This document shows, in pieces, positions 35,084 to 48,448 of a stretch of DNA of 64,000 nucleotides; the stretch's first letter is position 1; the number at the start of each line of letters is the position of its first letter. Made by a program: the position numbers and the translations under genes. The notes under the pieces were generated by a model. It was not told the origin of the DNA and ran no database searches. It was given only the letters and a program-made list of their open reading frames with translations. The DNA comes from Amoebophrya sp. A120 (taxonomy: Eukaryota; Protista; Dinoflagellata), in NCBI GenBank assembly GCA_905178155.1, contig CAJINV010000009.1, forward strand, positions 1,175,907-1,239,906, written 5' to 3'.

Positions 35084-35833
35084 TCACCGGATTCGTGCTT
35101 CATGATCTATTCCTCTATTCCTTCCTGCGACGCTACGGGACGCCTCCACCATTCGCAGCGGCCGCAGAATGCAAGACATGTCATCCAGTGGCATTCTCTC
35201 GGGTTCGGTCCGGTAAACATCCGACTTTACTGTCTCGGTTCCGATATCAACGCAAAAGGTCCGAATTTTAGCCACCTCACTCGACTTTCGAGAGTACCCA
35301 ACCAAGTACTCTGCACAGGCCTCCGCGGTGGTAAATGCAACGGCCTCACTCTTACTCACCAACTGCTGTCGCAAGCGGCCGACTTCTGTGCTGGGAAAGT
35401 ATGTTTCACGGACGTGGTCAGCGTTGTCGCGGATGCGGGTCTGCAGCCAATTCCGAACGTAGCCCATATGCTCCATATGGGCTACTGCCAGCAGTGCGGG
35501 CGGATCGGGATTCACAATGTGCTGAAAGGCTTCCATTGCGGTGCGGAGCTTCCCGCCGTTCACCTGGTGCACGGTGAAAAGCGGCGTCACCTCCGAGCCA
35601 GAAACCCTCGGTGGCGGCCCCCGACAGCTGCAGCAGGTAATCACGTAGAACAAACAACCATCATCGTCTCCCTCGAAATCGTCGTCAGACCGCCTTTCTA
35701 TATAGTCTACAACTAAGGCCCAGGGGCGGTGGTTACCCCGCTCCTCGCCACAAAATCTGCTCAGCGCATCGCCGATGAGCCGCGCGTGGCTACCAACCGG
35801 CTGCAATCGCCCAGGTCCGTCTGGTGCTGGCAT
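35084..35833 (-). CDS. Hypothetical protein (249 aa)
   Basis: Co-oriented ORF with globular composition; no family recognised; may be a terminal exon. Confidence 0.45.
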   Translation of the reverse strand: MPAPDGPGRLQPVGSHARLIGDALSRFCGEERGNHRPWALVVDYIERRSDDDFEGDDDGCLFYVITCCSCRGPPPRVSGSEVTPLFTVHQVNGGKLRTAMEAFQHIVNPDPPALLAVAHMEHMGYVRNWLQTRIRDNADHVRETYFPSTEVGRLRQQLVSKSEAVAFTTAEACAEYLVGYSRKSSEVAKIRTFCVDIGTETVKSDVYRTEPERMPLDDMSCILRPLRMVEASRSVAGRNRGIDHEARIR

Positions 35834-36389
35834 TCTGTCTACTCACAACATTTGAAGATAGCCCTAGATAAAGGTCTCAGATCGATGAAACCGCTTGGCT
35901 TCCCTGGTCTTTGATCACAATGTCTTAATTGACAAACCAAATAATTTACCCACACAACACAAGACAAGGTGGAGGTGCAGAGCGCTCGGTTTCGGTGCTT
36001 GCGCAATACAAGTGACCGCCCACTCGAATGGGCAGGAACATCCTCTTCAACACACTGGACTGTGCCGGTGCTTAATCCCATGGCTGGACTCAGACGCAAC
36101 CAGGAGCAGCCCTAGGCAATTATCGTTCTCCTACTTGAAGAATCTGAATCATACAGAAGCATATCGTGCGCGAGGAACGTTTTTTGGTGTTCAAAATCAA
36201 ATTTCAACGCATAGTTGCGTGAAGCGTTTTTCCTTTGAATGTAAGTCTAAAACATCGAGTTCAAAGCAATGGTAAAGTCATCAGTGTTATATACTTTCTT
36301 TCCTTCAGAAGCAAGCTCTAGCGTGAGAGCGACGATACTGTAATGGTGTTCATCTAGAAGGCAGTTTACTACAATAAATTCCGTCATCT

Positions 36390-39300
36390 TTATTCCTGCG
36401 AGATGGCTGTGAAGACCTGTTTTATCCACTGGAACTGGGTTTTCTTGGAGTCCGACATGCCCCGTTTTTCCGCGACGTAGTCGACACAGGTCAACAGCTG
36501 CTTTTTTGTCCAGTGGAACCTTGCGAAGAGCGTCTGGACGCACTGCAGAAACCGTTCCGTGTCATCAAAATTGTTCACCTCCACAAAGGACGCGTAGCCG
36601 CGCAGGATTCCGATGCAAATCCGGGACAAAAGCGTGGACTTCGTTTCCGGCAGCTGCACAAGTTGCAGCACGCGCATCACAGTGTGCGTTTGGCTTTCCT
36701 GCAGTTTCTTGTGCAGTGCTTGTTTCCGCGACTTGTTTGCCGAAGAAGTCGGAATCGCCGCGGACACAAGAACATTCGCGGAGGTCGTGCCGGCAGCAGC
36801 GATACCGTCTGGGACGGAACTAGAGTTCCCGAGGTTCGTCGACGCAGCACCGAATCCCGCGGAAGCGGATGAACTTGTCTGCTTCATTTTCGCGGCCAAG
36901 TCCTCGTTTTGTCGGTCGCTTTGGATTTTCGCGGTGACGTTGTTGGCGTTGTCCATCGTGTTTTTGAAGTCGCGTTTGCGGGTTTGGTCGCTGGAAACCT
37001 CGCACAGGAACAAGCAGCTGAAAAGACCCTGCATCACAGCCAATTTCGCGATGTTCAGGATCCCGCAGTACCGCTGAATTTTGCGCGACCACCACAGAAA
37101 GTCGTCGACCAGCAACTCCTCGTTGGCGATGGACGAGGAAATGTACCTTTTCAGCACCTGTTTCGCCTTCAAAAACGCTTGCTCCTCCTCTGATGTCCAC
37201 TGCCCCGACCGCGTGAAGTCGTCGACAATCACCTTGTCTTGCTGCTGCGCGAGTGTTTGCTGCTGTTGCTGGTTGGTGCTGGAGGAAGACGCTGCGTTTT
37301 GCTGCGACGAAGAAGCTGCTGCAGCTGCCCCGCCGTGGTGGCCGCCGATGCTCAAACCGACGTTGCTGCCGCCAACCGACTTGTTGTTCAGCGTGCTGCC
37401 TCCGATAGAATTTTGTGCGCCGGTGTTGTGGTTGGTAACGGTCCCGTACGAAGAGTACTGGTTTGCACACAGCAGCGCCTGCAAGGCCGCACGAAACCCG
37501 GTACCCTTCTTGACGGCGCGCACAGCGGTCGCGCTCTGGCCCTGCGGGGGGCCAGCTGCAACTGTCGCAAGTGCAGCAGCCTTCTGCACAGCTCCCGCAG
37601 TCGTGTCCTTACCCAGCTCCTTCTCGTTAACCGCAGTATTCGGCAAGAAAGGGTTTTTCGCGACCAGCATCTTGTCAGCTTCGAGCTCCTGCTGCAGGGC
37701 CAACGTTAGTCGGGGGAGATCCCCGAGTTGCGCAAAAAAATTCAGCTGCACGAGCTGCGCTTCCTGCTGCAACTTCGTCGTTAGCTGCTCGATCGTGTTT
37801 GCGCGGGACGTGATGTCAAAGACGACGTCATTCCAAATGTCTCGGTACTTTTTCCAATTCATCACCTCCTGCAACGGATCAACTGCTTGGACGTGCTGGT
37901 CTAGATTCTCTTGCTGCGAGGCGGATACCAAATTGGCGCCAACCATGGAGGAGCCCGGCCTTGACGCCCCTGTGTCGCGCCCGGCGGCGAAAGAGGAGTT
38001 CCGGCCGAGCTCCTGGTGGGAGGATTGGTATTGCTGGTGCTGTTGGGGCAGAAGCGACAGCCCCTGCCCGGAAAAAACGCCCGTGGTCCTCGAGTGCCCG
38101 AACAGTGGTACGGGGTTCTGATTCTCGTCGAGTCCGAAGTAGATGCTGCGTACCCGCTGCTGGCTGCGCAGAAACTTCAGAAGCTTCGTGGCCATCACAA
38201 TGCGGTGGTTCGCAGAGCGCGTTTCCTGCAACAGCTTCTTCATTTTGTTCTTCTTCTGCTGCGGTTCGTGGTCTTGGTCCAGATTGAGCAGATTACTGCC
38301 TCCGCCGCCGTCTTCGTCGTTGTGGTTTGGCGACTTCTTCCGCACGTAGTTCAGAATGCTCTTGAGAACCCCCTCAAACAGGTCTGCGGAGCTCATTCCG
38401 CGCACGAACTTGAGGAACTTGCAGACCAGGTCGGGGCGGTGCTTCAACACGGGCAGGCACTGCTCAATCTGTTCGTGCGTCAGCTCCTCGAAGTTCCGGA
38501 ACCCGGTTTTGATGCAGAAGCTGCCCACCCGGCCCAGAATGCGCATGTACTTGTTCAGATCGAGCTCGCTCGGTGAACCATTTTCGCCCTTGCTGGAGTC
38601 CCTGCCGCCGCCCGCTGATGTCTTCTCCCTTTTCTGCACCAGCCGCCCGCAACTCCGGGCCAGGGTCTGCGGCGCGATTTGCGCCATGAGCTCCAGAAAG
38701 CGAACGATTTTGTCCTCGTCAATCCCCGAAAAGTCGAAAGCGAGACCACCTTCAGCGGTCGCTGTCTGCATCTGCTCCTGCACAACTCCATTTGAGAGTC
38801 CGACGTCTGCAGCTTCCTTTTCCACCTCTTTGGCCGCCTTGCTCTCGTTGTGTTCGGTATTCGCGAGGAAGTCTATCAATGAGTCCACGAAAAACACTCG
38901 TTTGTTAGGTCGGCAGCTGCTAGTCAGCAAATTTCCTGTAGACGAGGACGACGCCGCGGCAGACGTTCCCACTACGACCCCGGTAGCGTGCTTTACGCCT
39001 CCTATAGGCGGCAAGTTGTCCTCGAGCGACGCAAAGTAGTCGTCGACGATGGAGTCCACGACGCTTTCCTCGTTCGGCTGCTCGTGCTGCTCTACGTTCT
39101 CGTCAAACAGATCGATCTCTTCTGCGAGCTCCAGCTTGCTTTTGTTCTTCCGCTGCATCTTCTTGGCCTTCTTTGCCGGAGGCGGTTTTACCTCCTCCTC
39201 AAGCGCGCCCTCGACGTCAAAGTTCTGCTGATCGCTAGGATCTACGGGCTCACCCTCTTCGTTCAGGTGTGGTTCGCCGTCGCCAGCGAGCTCCTCCTCG

Positions 39301-42300
39301 TCCTCGTCGCCCAGCGCCGTGTTTTTGTTTAGCCAATCCCCGAAGCAGTGCGCGCTACAGGCGCGCGCCATCAGGTCGCAGAAGGCAGCGAGGTTCCGCT
39401 CGTATTTCTTCCGCACGGCAGCCGTTATCTTCAGCGGTTTTTTCCGCTCTGGCTCTTCGCTTTTTATTTTCGTCGAGTCAGCATCCTTCTTCGCATCGAA
39501 GTCTACGTCCATCGGATCGTCGTCCGCCGGGGCGGCGTTCTTGATGTTTGCCAGGTCCTCCTGCTCTTCCATCTCCTCACCCTCTAGTAGAGCGGCCTCC
39601 TTTGAAGCGGGCTTCTGTTGCGCAGCAGTCGCTTGCCGAGTGAGAAACTGTCGAAGATCGTCTTGAAAAAAAGCGCTTTTTGATACTAACCACCAGTCTT
39701 GGCGGCCCACCAGGCAGTCACGACAGGTCGAGACAACGTTGCAGATGTGCGGCCCGCCGTTTCCAAAGAACGCGACAAAAGTCTTCCAGATTTCGCGAAA
39801 GGTGTGCTTGCTGTAGGCGCCTGTTGAGTTGATTGATGCAAGACTCACATCAGGAGTGTGCCTATATCTATGCGCATTCCCATGATTCAGACTCTATGTG
39901 GCAACATAAAAAGACAAAAAACGGTGAGGGAAGCGGTTTACTTCAAGAGACTCACACTAGTTCAACGCCAAGAATGGAAACATCACCGGCTTCAAAACAA
40001 TTACGATGCTCCTGCAGTTCCCAATGGTCACGCTCCACGTTCTCCAATATTGCCTTCGTTTCCGCCGTGAACAGCCTTTTTCGTCTTGCGTAAACGCTGA
40101 AGCCAGTATAGTCAGGAAGCTTTATCACCGACGGCAGGAAGCACGCCTTCCTAGAAGAGCAAAGCAAAGTCTGCTGGTGGTCCTTACTTTCGGCAGAACC
40201 TGTTGCTCCTGCACCCTGCCTCCTTTTCATGTTCGCTGCTGCAGCATTCGCACTTGTTCCGGTGCTCGCAAGCTGTTGGGCCGCGGCACCAGCAGGATTC
40301 GACCCTGCCACTAAAGGACTTGCGCACACGTTGACCAGATTGCGTTCGATGCAGAAGATGAGACTTTCCGCCTCCACCACTTCGTTCGCAGACTCTTTCA
40401 TCAGAGCGTACAGAGAGAAACAGTTTTCTACGAGAGAGTCCCGTATCGATCGGTCATCCAACAGAATGACGTTGTTGAGGAAGAGCTTCGCGCATTGCAT
40501 CGCCACTTTGCGGACCGGCCGTTTCTTGTCCAGCAGACGGTTTGTTAGCCGCTTCAGCACGTAGTACGGCATGAAGCTCGTGGCCTTCATCTGCTCCAGA
40601 AGCTCCGGAACCGTCGTCGCGGCCTTAATTTTGGACGCAAAACAGCCTGAGCCGCGACCAGTGCTCGTCGAGTGTGTCACGGCGCCCGCCGGCATGTTGC
40701 TGGTCGTGCTCCGTTTTTTCTTCTTGTTCGTTTTGCCGCCGTTGTTCCCCGCTGGGGCGGTGGCAGCCGCGACAACTTCCTCGTATCTCTGCCGATACCA
40801 ATCGAGCCAGAGCGTCACTGTCTCCTTCATCCGTTCGCAAACGACGGCTCTGGGCGCTTCCTCTGGATCCATCAACAACGCGTGAATGCGCATCCAGAGA
40901 CACTTCTCCAACGACCTCCCGGACGAGGATGCGCTGCCGTTGTGTAGTCTTGACGAGGAACTATTGTTCGGTACACCGCCGCCCGTCGGCAACCCCGACA
41001 TGACGGTGCGGCCCAGCTCGCCGAGGCGGGACATGTTACTCATCCCGGTGTTGGGGGGCGGACAAGAGGCGAGGATGCTCAAATTGTGCGCCCCGGCCGT
41101 GGCTGTTGCTGCGGGCGCCGTTAAAGGCTCCTGCTTGCAAAGCAAGTAGAACTCGGAGACGACAAACTTTGGCAAGAAGGCCAGCGCGCGCTCCTGCAGA
41201 TCCACGTCGCCCATGCAGTCAATCCAGGACTTGCTCAGATTCAGGAAGATGCGCTTCATCCGGTGGTCGACCTTGTCAAGGTCCGTCAGCAGCTGCTGCG
41301 TTTTCGTCGCATTACCTTCGCCTTCCGCAAGTAAGCCAAAATTGACCGCGGTCGAGCTGCTGCTGCCGCCAATCTGCTCGTTGGGACCACCCAGCAGGGG
41401 CGTGGCGGGCACGACAGGTTGGTCCGAACAACCTGTGTCGACGCTGGTCGTGAGCAGTTTTTCCCCGTAGAACACCATCAAGTTAGCAAGTAGGTCGGTC
41501 AAGAGACAGCGCTGCTCCAGCGCCACGGCTTTCTCCTCTTCGGCCTGCGCCAACTCCTCTTCGGTCGTCGCACGACCGCTAGTGGTTCCTGCTGCCGCGC
41601 TCTTCGTCGCCAGGAGCATGTCCTGCTTCTTTTCGACTTGCGACTGGAGCAAGAGTGGGATCAGCTGCTCCGCCAGAAGGGGGGACAACTTCAGGCACTC
41701 AAACGCGAGGATGCAGTACAAACACACCCCGTCTTCCACCGTGAACAATTCTTTCCGGATCAAATCCGACAGGTACTGCAGAGCGTGGTTGGTCGTGATC
41801 TTCTGAAAGATGTCCTCCGCAAACTGCCGGGTTCCGGTTTGCTCCGGCTCGAGGAATCCGATCAGAATTTTCTCCAGCAGTCCTGGTCTCTCCAGCTTGA
41901 TGAGCGGCGAGTTCAGAAAAGTGGTGATGATGCTGATAAAGTGCGAGTAGAGCAGCTTTGTCGTGAGCTGCGGCTTGCCGCCGCCCGGCTGCTGGGTCAC
42001 GGCCGAAAACTCGAAGCCAATGTCTAGGATCTGGTCCAGGCAGGCGGGAAGAATCTTGTCTTGGTACTGCGGATCCTGGGTGTGAAGCAGAAAATTTGTC
42101 ACCCAAGAATGCTGCAGACTGCTTCCCACAGCGGAACTTGCAGAGGTCGATGCGCTGGTCAGTTGCGCCTGCTGTCCTCCACCTACGGAGCTCATTCCCT
42201 CAGCAAAGTGCGCGAAGCACTTCCCCAGCTTCTCCACGAGATAAAAGTTTGCCAGCGCGCCGTGCTTCTGCAGCACGTACAGGAAAAAGCACATCAGCTC

Positions 42301-44075
42301 GTCGAGCAGCGCATGACTGAGCTGCTCGTTGGTTGGCAGCCCGTCCTCGTAGCCAATCAAATACTGGTCCAGGTCTTCTGTGTAGGAATCGAGGCTCTGG
42401 GCGTGGAAAGTTTGCATCTCTTCGAGAGAGCCGAAGTTGCCCGAGACGCGTTTCTGCACACAGCAGGCGCTCTTCGTCATGCGCTCCGGATCAAAGATCC
42501 GCTTGCAGCCCTGAAGCTGCTGCTGGGACAGCAAGTTTTGCCGACCAGATATCGCTTGGCTTCCCGCACTAGCGGCTCCTCCTTTTTGGTCTTGCAGTTG
42601 CACAAAAAGTTGCTCCTGTTCGTGCGTGATAACGTCCACAAGGAGAGCGTCTTCCGCGTCCAGCTTCGGCTTTGGCGGCTTCTTGCGGCACTTCACCGAG
42701 CAGTCCTTGCGACTGGAGAGCAACACCGGCCCGAGTATAGAATCGTCGCAGTTCGGCTTGCGGCAGGAGGAGCGGTAGGACACCTTCTTGCTGGTCCGCT
42801 TCGGGCTGGGCGGTGGGAGATTGTCAAAGTCCAGAAACCGGCACGGCTCGCCCGCCAGGTTCTCGCTTTCCGATTCGTACTCCTCGGAATCCTCCTCCTC
42901 TTCCTCGCCTTCCTGCTCCTCGTTGGCTCCAATGACATTGGGGTTCAGAACCTGCATTTGACGTTGTGGATCGATTTTAGTTGAAGGAAGAATTGATTTT
43001 CATGATCTATCAGATCATCTGCCTATTCGGTCACAGAATGCCACCCGATTTTCGCACCGCACCCTTGAACACAGGTTGACAAAGTTGAAATGAACTACTT
43101 ACTACACGATAGAGCGGTCGACAGCAACTACTTAAGTACCTGCGCACCACCCGCCGCTCCTTCCCCGGATGCTGGCGACACAACAGGCTGTGGCTTTGCG
43201 GCTTCCAACATGTCAATCCGGGCCTTTTCCAGTTTCTGCTGCACGAACCCGGCACAGCACTTGCCGTTCGTCAGCTCCACTAAATCGACGAGCCTCGCCG
43301 CGAGCTGTACCTCGTTCTCTTCGTTCGTGAGCAGACATTCCTGAATTGACACCGGACAAGTGAACTCGACCTCTTGCATATTATCCGAGTGCACCGAATT
43401 CTGCTCCAGATTCTTCCCCAGACTCCGACTTATCATCTTTTTTCCGGACGCAGAGAGAACTGACAACTCGTCCCCTACGCCCGCTTTCCGCTTCTGCCGC
43501 ATCTTTTCGCTCGTGTTGCACATGGCCTGGATGCGCTTGTCGGAGGAGGCTACTGCAATCGAAGACGGCAGGGGCGGACTGTCGGCGTTGTTCGTAAAGT
43601 CCGGAGCCAATGGCGGGCTAAAGGCCCCTAGTTCCATGCTAATGGGTTTCAAGTTGCTCGACGTCTCGCCAAACTTTCCGAAGGAGCTCGCACTAGAGCC
43701 ACCGGCCACGCCGCCCGAGCCGCAGCAGGCGCGGCTGAGGGCCCCGTGGAAGGTCCCGTCCTGCGCAAACCGATCATTGTCGCGAAGCAACCGCAGACAC
43801 ACGCCCTCGAAGACGAAGGCAGAAGCGTGCTGGTCGAAATGCTTGTACTCGCTGACACTGTCGATGTTTTGGATCTCTGTCATGAACGAGTCCCAGTTCG
43901 TCACGGCATTTGCAGCGGTTTTCTGCATTTTCCGTGCCGTCGTGCGCTTCTCCACGTACTCGTCATCCGAGGAAGTCCGCTTCCGCCGCTGATTCTCATT
44001 CAGCTGCTGTTGGAACAAACTACTGCTTCCCCGCCCAGTGCCGCCCCCAGCGGTCGTGTCCGGAAAATTAGACAT
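36390..44075 (-). CDS. PDS5: PDS5-like cohesin-associated HEAT-repeat protein, at least 3 exons
   Basis: LLMDPEEAPRAVV, VLKRLTNRLLDKKRPVRKVAM and ELMCFFL...FYLVEKL match PDS5 motifs from memory. GT-AG intron 42952-43139 (GAQ|VLNP). Second intron near 39820-39990 unresolved. Confidence 0.65.
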
Positions 44076-44941
44076 GGCCACGCACTGTCCTAGATATGAC
44101 TCGTGGCAATCATGCTTGACGAAGCTTCACTACTCACGTATTCTTGCTTCGCACATATCAAAAAAACCGTAATCGGGTACTGCTCTTTGATTTTGTCCGT
44201 CCCCTCCGAATGATCCGTAGTGCCTCTCGAATGCAGGAGGCACTGCTGCGGAAAAATACTTACCGCGTATCTGCATTCTTTGCATTTTGTGTGCAGAACA
44301 TCAAAGTTCTTGAAATTCAAATTCAGAAGCAAAAAATCTTTTTTTCTTCACAACCCTGAAGACACAGTACTACTTACACACATACAGCAATGTTCCTGCG
44401 ATCAACATCATCATAGGGCGAAATCGAAAACGTCATCGAATTATAGCACACGAGACATGTAAGAAGTAAGTACGTCTACGTTTCCTGTTCGGAGATAACA
44501 TTCAAATTTGTTCGAAGTGACTTCGCGTCGAAGTTGTCGACTTTCGGCACGATAAGCGATCTCAAAGTGCGATTCGTTGTCTGTCAACCTTCTTCGAAAA
44601 AGGTAGCTAGTGGTCAACGTCGACATCATCAAACAACTCTATGTCGAAATAACTACGTTCCAACAACTCCTCACATCGAACGATGATCGCCGGCTTGTTG
44701 AAAGCACGGAAGGTACGTACCACACACACCTGCTCGGCTGAAATTGCAAGTGCTCAATCGCATTGCATCGTTCTCCGCATTCTTTGCATTTGCGTGTCAC
44801 AGACTGTTCTGTATTCTTGTAGTTCCGGGGTGTTTTTTTTTTTCCGAATGGCATCTTCATATTCTCAGCGAATGTTCCGCTCGGGCTATCGACAACCAAA
44901 AATTCCTTGTCCTTGCTAAGGATGTAGTTTCAGGTAGGTAC

Positions 44942-47900
44942 CTACTGTCCCAATGCGGACTGCAGAAGGCCAAAAATTTCTTCGAACTCGCGGTTGGCAG
45001 ACAAATTGGAGAAAAAAGTTTTTGGGGGCATCAACATGGTCACCGACTCCGATGAGAGGTTGAGACACTCAAAATTGCCGGGCTCGCACGGACGCCGTGC
45101 GTCGGACGCATCCGCGTCAGGATCTGATGAACTATCTTCGTCAGTAGAACTGAAGGGTCTTCTTCCACTCCTCGCAGAGGCGCTTTTCGCTTCGCTCGTT
45201 GCCGCCAACGGACTCGTGGCTCTAGCCTGGTCCTTCGTCACTGGACTAGCATTCTCCGGGTCCGTATTCTTCACGTAGATGCGACGTAGCCGACGAAGCA
45301 ACAGCCTCGTCGTACGCAGATGTTCCGGACTGTAGTCGACATGGTGTAGCAGCAGGCGGAAACAAAACTGGAAGACGAGCAGATATGCAACCACGTACGT
45401 CTTCGCGGAAACCGTTCTCTGCTGCTGTAGGTAGTTTTCTTGCTGCTGTACCTGCTTGTCGTTGAGACTCTGTGCCGTTCCGTCGGTGCTGCTTTCCTCA
45501 TTTTCGGTCGTCGAGGAGGAAGTTGCAGAAGCAGAGGCCTCTTCCCCTGTTCGGCCTCTTTGCGGCTTCGCAAGGGAGATTGGGTTGGTATTTCCGTTCT
45601 TCTTGTACGCACGGGGCTGGTGTGCCGTACTTGCCTTTTTCATCTTCGTGCCGATTTGTGAGCCGTTGCTTCCTGCGCTCCTGTTCAACAGCGTTCTTGA
45701 CGATCCTCCCGCTACATTCCTGTGATCGAACACGACCCCGGAGGCCCCACCTTGGCAAAATGCCGCAAAAATGAAGCTCAGGAAGGGAAAGCAGCAGTCG
45801 TTCCAGCATTCAACGCAGTCCTCCGTGATTCCGGCGGAGTAGAAATTTTGAAGCGCTTGCGGGTTTTCGCGCAAGATCTGGCGCCGCTCCCCCGCTGTCA
45901 AGCAGCTCCAGTCGCCCCCAGAGATTCGGTTTGGAACGGGCGGTGCGCTCGTCCCCTGCTGCAGAGTCCTCGTGGTACTAGATTTCGTACTGCATACCTG
46001 ACCGCCAGTCATCGTTGCTTTCGAACCAGCGGGACCGTGCCGACACGCATCGCGGGCACCGCCAGAAGCTTTTTGACCACGGCGTTCCTGATCGTTCCGC
46101 TGAGAGAAATACGCCGCGTACAGCTGTCGGTATGTTTGGTCCAGGTCGGGAATCCCCGGCAATTCTTCTTCTGCAGCCTCGCTTCTGAGAAGTCTGTGAC
46201 TTGTTCCTTGCACCTGATCATGCTCAAACTCAACTACGCCCCCGGTATTGAACACTGTGTGTCGCACCCTCCTGAGCAATCCGGACTTCTGTGCCTCCTG
46301 CATGGCCGCGCGCACCACATTCACGTTCGTGACTTCGCGCTGCACCCAGCTAAAAAGCTGATCGCAAAACCGGACTAGCAATAGGCCTCGACTTTCATCG
46401 TTTGAGCTGAAGCCAACAGCGTCGCGCCCACTCCCCCCTTGCAGGTCCTCCATTAGGCGCATCAGAAGCGTGCCGTCTACCAGCAGCGGACTGAGGAATG
46501 TTTCGGTGAACTGCGCGAGGGGGTTCGGCTGCTCTTTCCCGAGATTTGCAACAGCACCGGAAGCGCTATCACTTGACATGGAAGCGCCGAGGCCTTTCGG
46601 GGGGTCCTTCTGGACCACTAGCTCGAACGGATCTACCTCCGTCGCCACGCTGCCCTCACGCCCGATACCGGACGAGGTTGCAGTGCTGGCGGGTGTTACC
46701 TCCGCACCTCCTTGTTGTTGTTCCGCCTCTTTCCGATTGCTGCTCGTGGGGGAGACGGTGGTTGGGCTGCAACTGCAGGGTTGGCTGTTAGTACTGCCGG
46801 CGCACGTTTTCCCACTGTCGCATGTGATCTGGCGGAAGAACCAATTTTTGATCGATGCGGAGGACTCCGCTGCGGAACGGGAAAAACTTGCGGGGGGCGA
46901 ATCGCTGCCGTCCGGACTGTGCAGCTCAGCTTGTTGCAGAAAATGCCTTCGGGCTGATAGAGGCAAAGCCGCGGCTGGGTCTTGTCGCGAAGGTGACACA
47001 CCAACTGCTCGAAGATGAGCTGGTGAGGCCTTCCAGGCGCAACTCACCTCGCCTCTACAACACGACGCCTGCTCGTACAATCCCTGTTCGACGACTAGAG
47101 GGTCGGACACGCCTCGATCTGCCATTCGGTCCTCGTAGTCAGAAGTCATGCAGCTTGTTCGTCTGCTAAAGCTACTGCCGCTGGCTTCTTGATCGGAGCT
47201 CTGGCGCAGGTTTATTTCTCCATAGCTGTGCGCAGGTTTATTTCTCCATGCATTTTGATTTTGCGCAGCAGCAGCCTCCTCATCGATGACCGGCGGGCGA
47301 CAATCCGCAAACGTGACAGCTTCTTGCGGTGTAACCATGGACGTTGCTACCGCAGAGCGACCAGCGCACGAGCTGCCCAGCGAACGCACCCTCTTTGCTT
47401 CGTCCAGCTGCCTTCTGAGGCTTTTCGAAACCAAAATGACCTTGAGCAGGCGTGCGGCAAGGCGCAACGCCGGGGGTTCCGGGGCGTGGTTTCGTATGTC
47501 CGAATGTTCACCACGGCGGTGCGGCTGGCTCGCAGAGGAACGCCCGGCATCCGCACGCATCATCACGCCATACAGTAGCTTGTCCGCAGTCCTAGGCGAG
47601 GTCCAACTCGCCGTACTGACCAAAAAAACCTGCCGTGCCCACAGACGAATCGCGCCGAAATCTTTTGCACTTGGAGCGCAGAAGTTGGCTTCGCACGAAG
47701 ATGACGGCTTCATTTTCCGCACCAATGCAGATAATGAAACTTTTCGCTCGCACACCTTCAAATCGTCATGGACTGACGCAGCGTCCTCATCAAGTGCGTC
47801 GTGCCGGCAAACAATCGTAGGCGTCTCCAAATTGAAAATGGCCTGCATGTTTCTGTCTCGATTCTGTTCTTCTGTGAGCAAACCAAAATCCCTGAAAGCT

Positions 47901-48448
47901 GCAAACAGTGTCTCGCCGTCGTCCTGCAGCAGATGCATCCAGGCTGGATCGTTTTCGGGTCTTGGTGTCTCTGCGGGGTTTTTTTCGGACGACGCAGGAT
48001 CAAAATCATAGTGTGGTTGCAACGCCAGCTCGACGTCATTCCACTGCAGCGCCTTCTCCACCGCCCATTTCACGTCCCCGACCAGTGTGCTCGAGCGTGT
48101 CACAACAGTTTCGCCTTCTGAAGTAGTTGAACCCACCAGTCCCAAGACGGCGCCGTCGCTCGACGACCTCGGGCGGGTGGCTGGTCTTTCCTGATCAGCT
48201 GCGCCAAATACAGGAGGCGTCATCATGGCGCCGGTCACGAAAAAGCTCGGTACCGCCAGTGGCGCCACGAGATGATCCAACAGCGTGAGGAGCGCCACGG
48301 CCCGACACAAATAACCGGCGGAGCTCAACATATTTTCAAAACCTCCGCGAATGGATGGAATTCCAAAAGCCATTCTGATAAAGAAAAAAGCTGTATACGA
48401 CGCCTTGTTCCCCCAGCGTCGCTTTCTGGAGGTGGTTCTGGGCTGCAA
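44942..48448 (-). CDS. Hypothetical 1,100+ aa protein with N-terminal hydrophobic segment
   Basis: Long uninterrupted co-oriented ORF; signal-like AVALLTLLDHLVAPLAVPSFFVTG; true start uncertain; no family recognised. Confidence 0.7.
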   Translation of the reverse strand: MQPRTTSRKRRWGNKASYTAFFFIRMAFGIPSIRGGFENMLSSAGYLCRAVALLTLLDHLVAPLAVPSFFVTGAMMTPPVFGAADQERPATRPRSSSDGAVLGLVGSTTSEGETVVTRSSTLVGDVKWAVEKALQWNDVELALQPHYDFDPASSEKNPAETPRPENDPAWMHLLQDDGETLFAAFRDFGLLTEEQNRDRNMQAIFNLETPTIVCRHDALDEDAASVHDDLKVCERKVSLSALVRKMKPSSSCEANFCAPSAKDFGAIRLWARQVFLVSTASWTSPRTADKLLYGVMMRADAGRSSASQPHRRGEHSDIRNHAPEPPALRLAARLLKVILVSKSLRRQLDEAKRVRSLGSSCAGRSAVATSMVTPQEAVTFADCRPPVIDEEAAAAQNQNAWRNKPAHSYGEINLRQSSDQEASGSSFSRRTSCMTSDYEDRMADRGVSDPLVVEQGLYEQASCCRGEVSCAWKASPAHLRAVGVSPSRQDPAAALPLSARRHFLQQAELHSPDGSDSPPASFSRSAAESSASIKNWFFRQITCDSGKTCAGSTNSQPCSCSPTTVSPTSSNRKEAEQQQGGAEVTPASTATSSGIGREGSVATEVDPFELVVQKDPPKGLGASMSSDSASGAVANLGKEQPNPLAQFTETFLSPLLVDGTLLMRLMEDLQGGSGRDAVGFSSNDESRGLLLVRFCDQLFSWVQREVTNVNVVRAAMQEAQKSGLLRRVRHTVFNTGGVVEFEHDQVQGTSHRLLRSEAAEEELPGIPDLDQTYRQLYAAYFSQRNDQERRGQKASGGARDACRHGPAGSKATMTGGQVCSTKSSTTRTLQQGTSAPPVPNRISGGDWSCLTAGERRQILRENPQALQNFYSAGITEDCVECWNDCCFPFLSFIFAAFCQGGASGVVFDHRNVAGGSSRTLLNRSAGSNGSQIGTKMKKASTAHQPRAYKKNGNTNPISLAKPQRGRTGEEASASATSSSTTENEESSTDGTAQSLNDKQVQQQENYLQQQRTVSAKTYVVAYLLVFQFCFRLLLHHVDYSPEHLRTTRLLLRRLRRIYVKNTDPENASPVTKDQARATSPLAATSEAKSASARSGRRPFSSTDEDSSSDPDADASDARRPCEPGNFECLNLSSESVTMLMPPKTFFSNLSANREFEEIFGLLQSALGQ

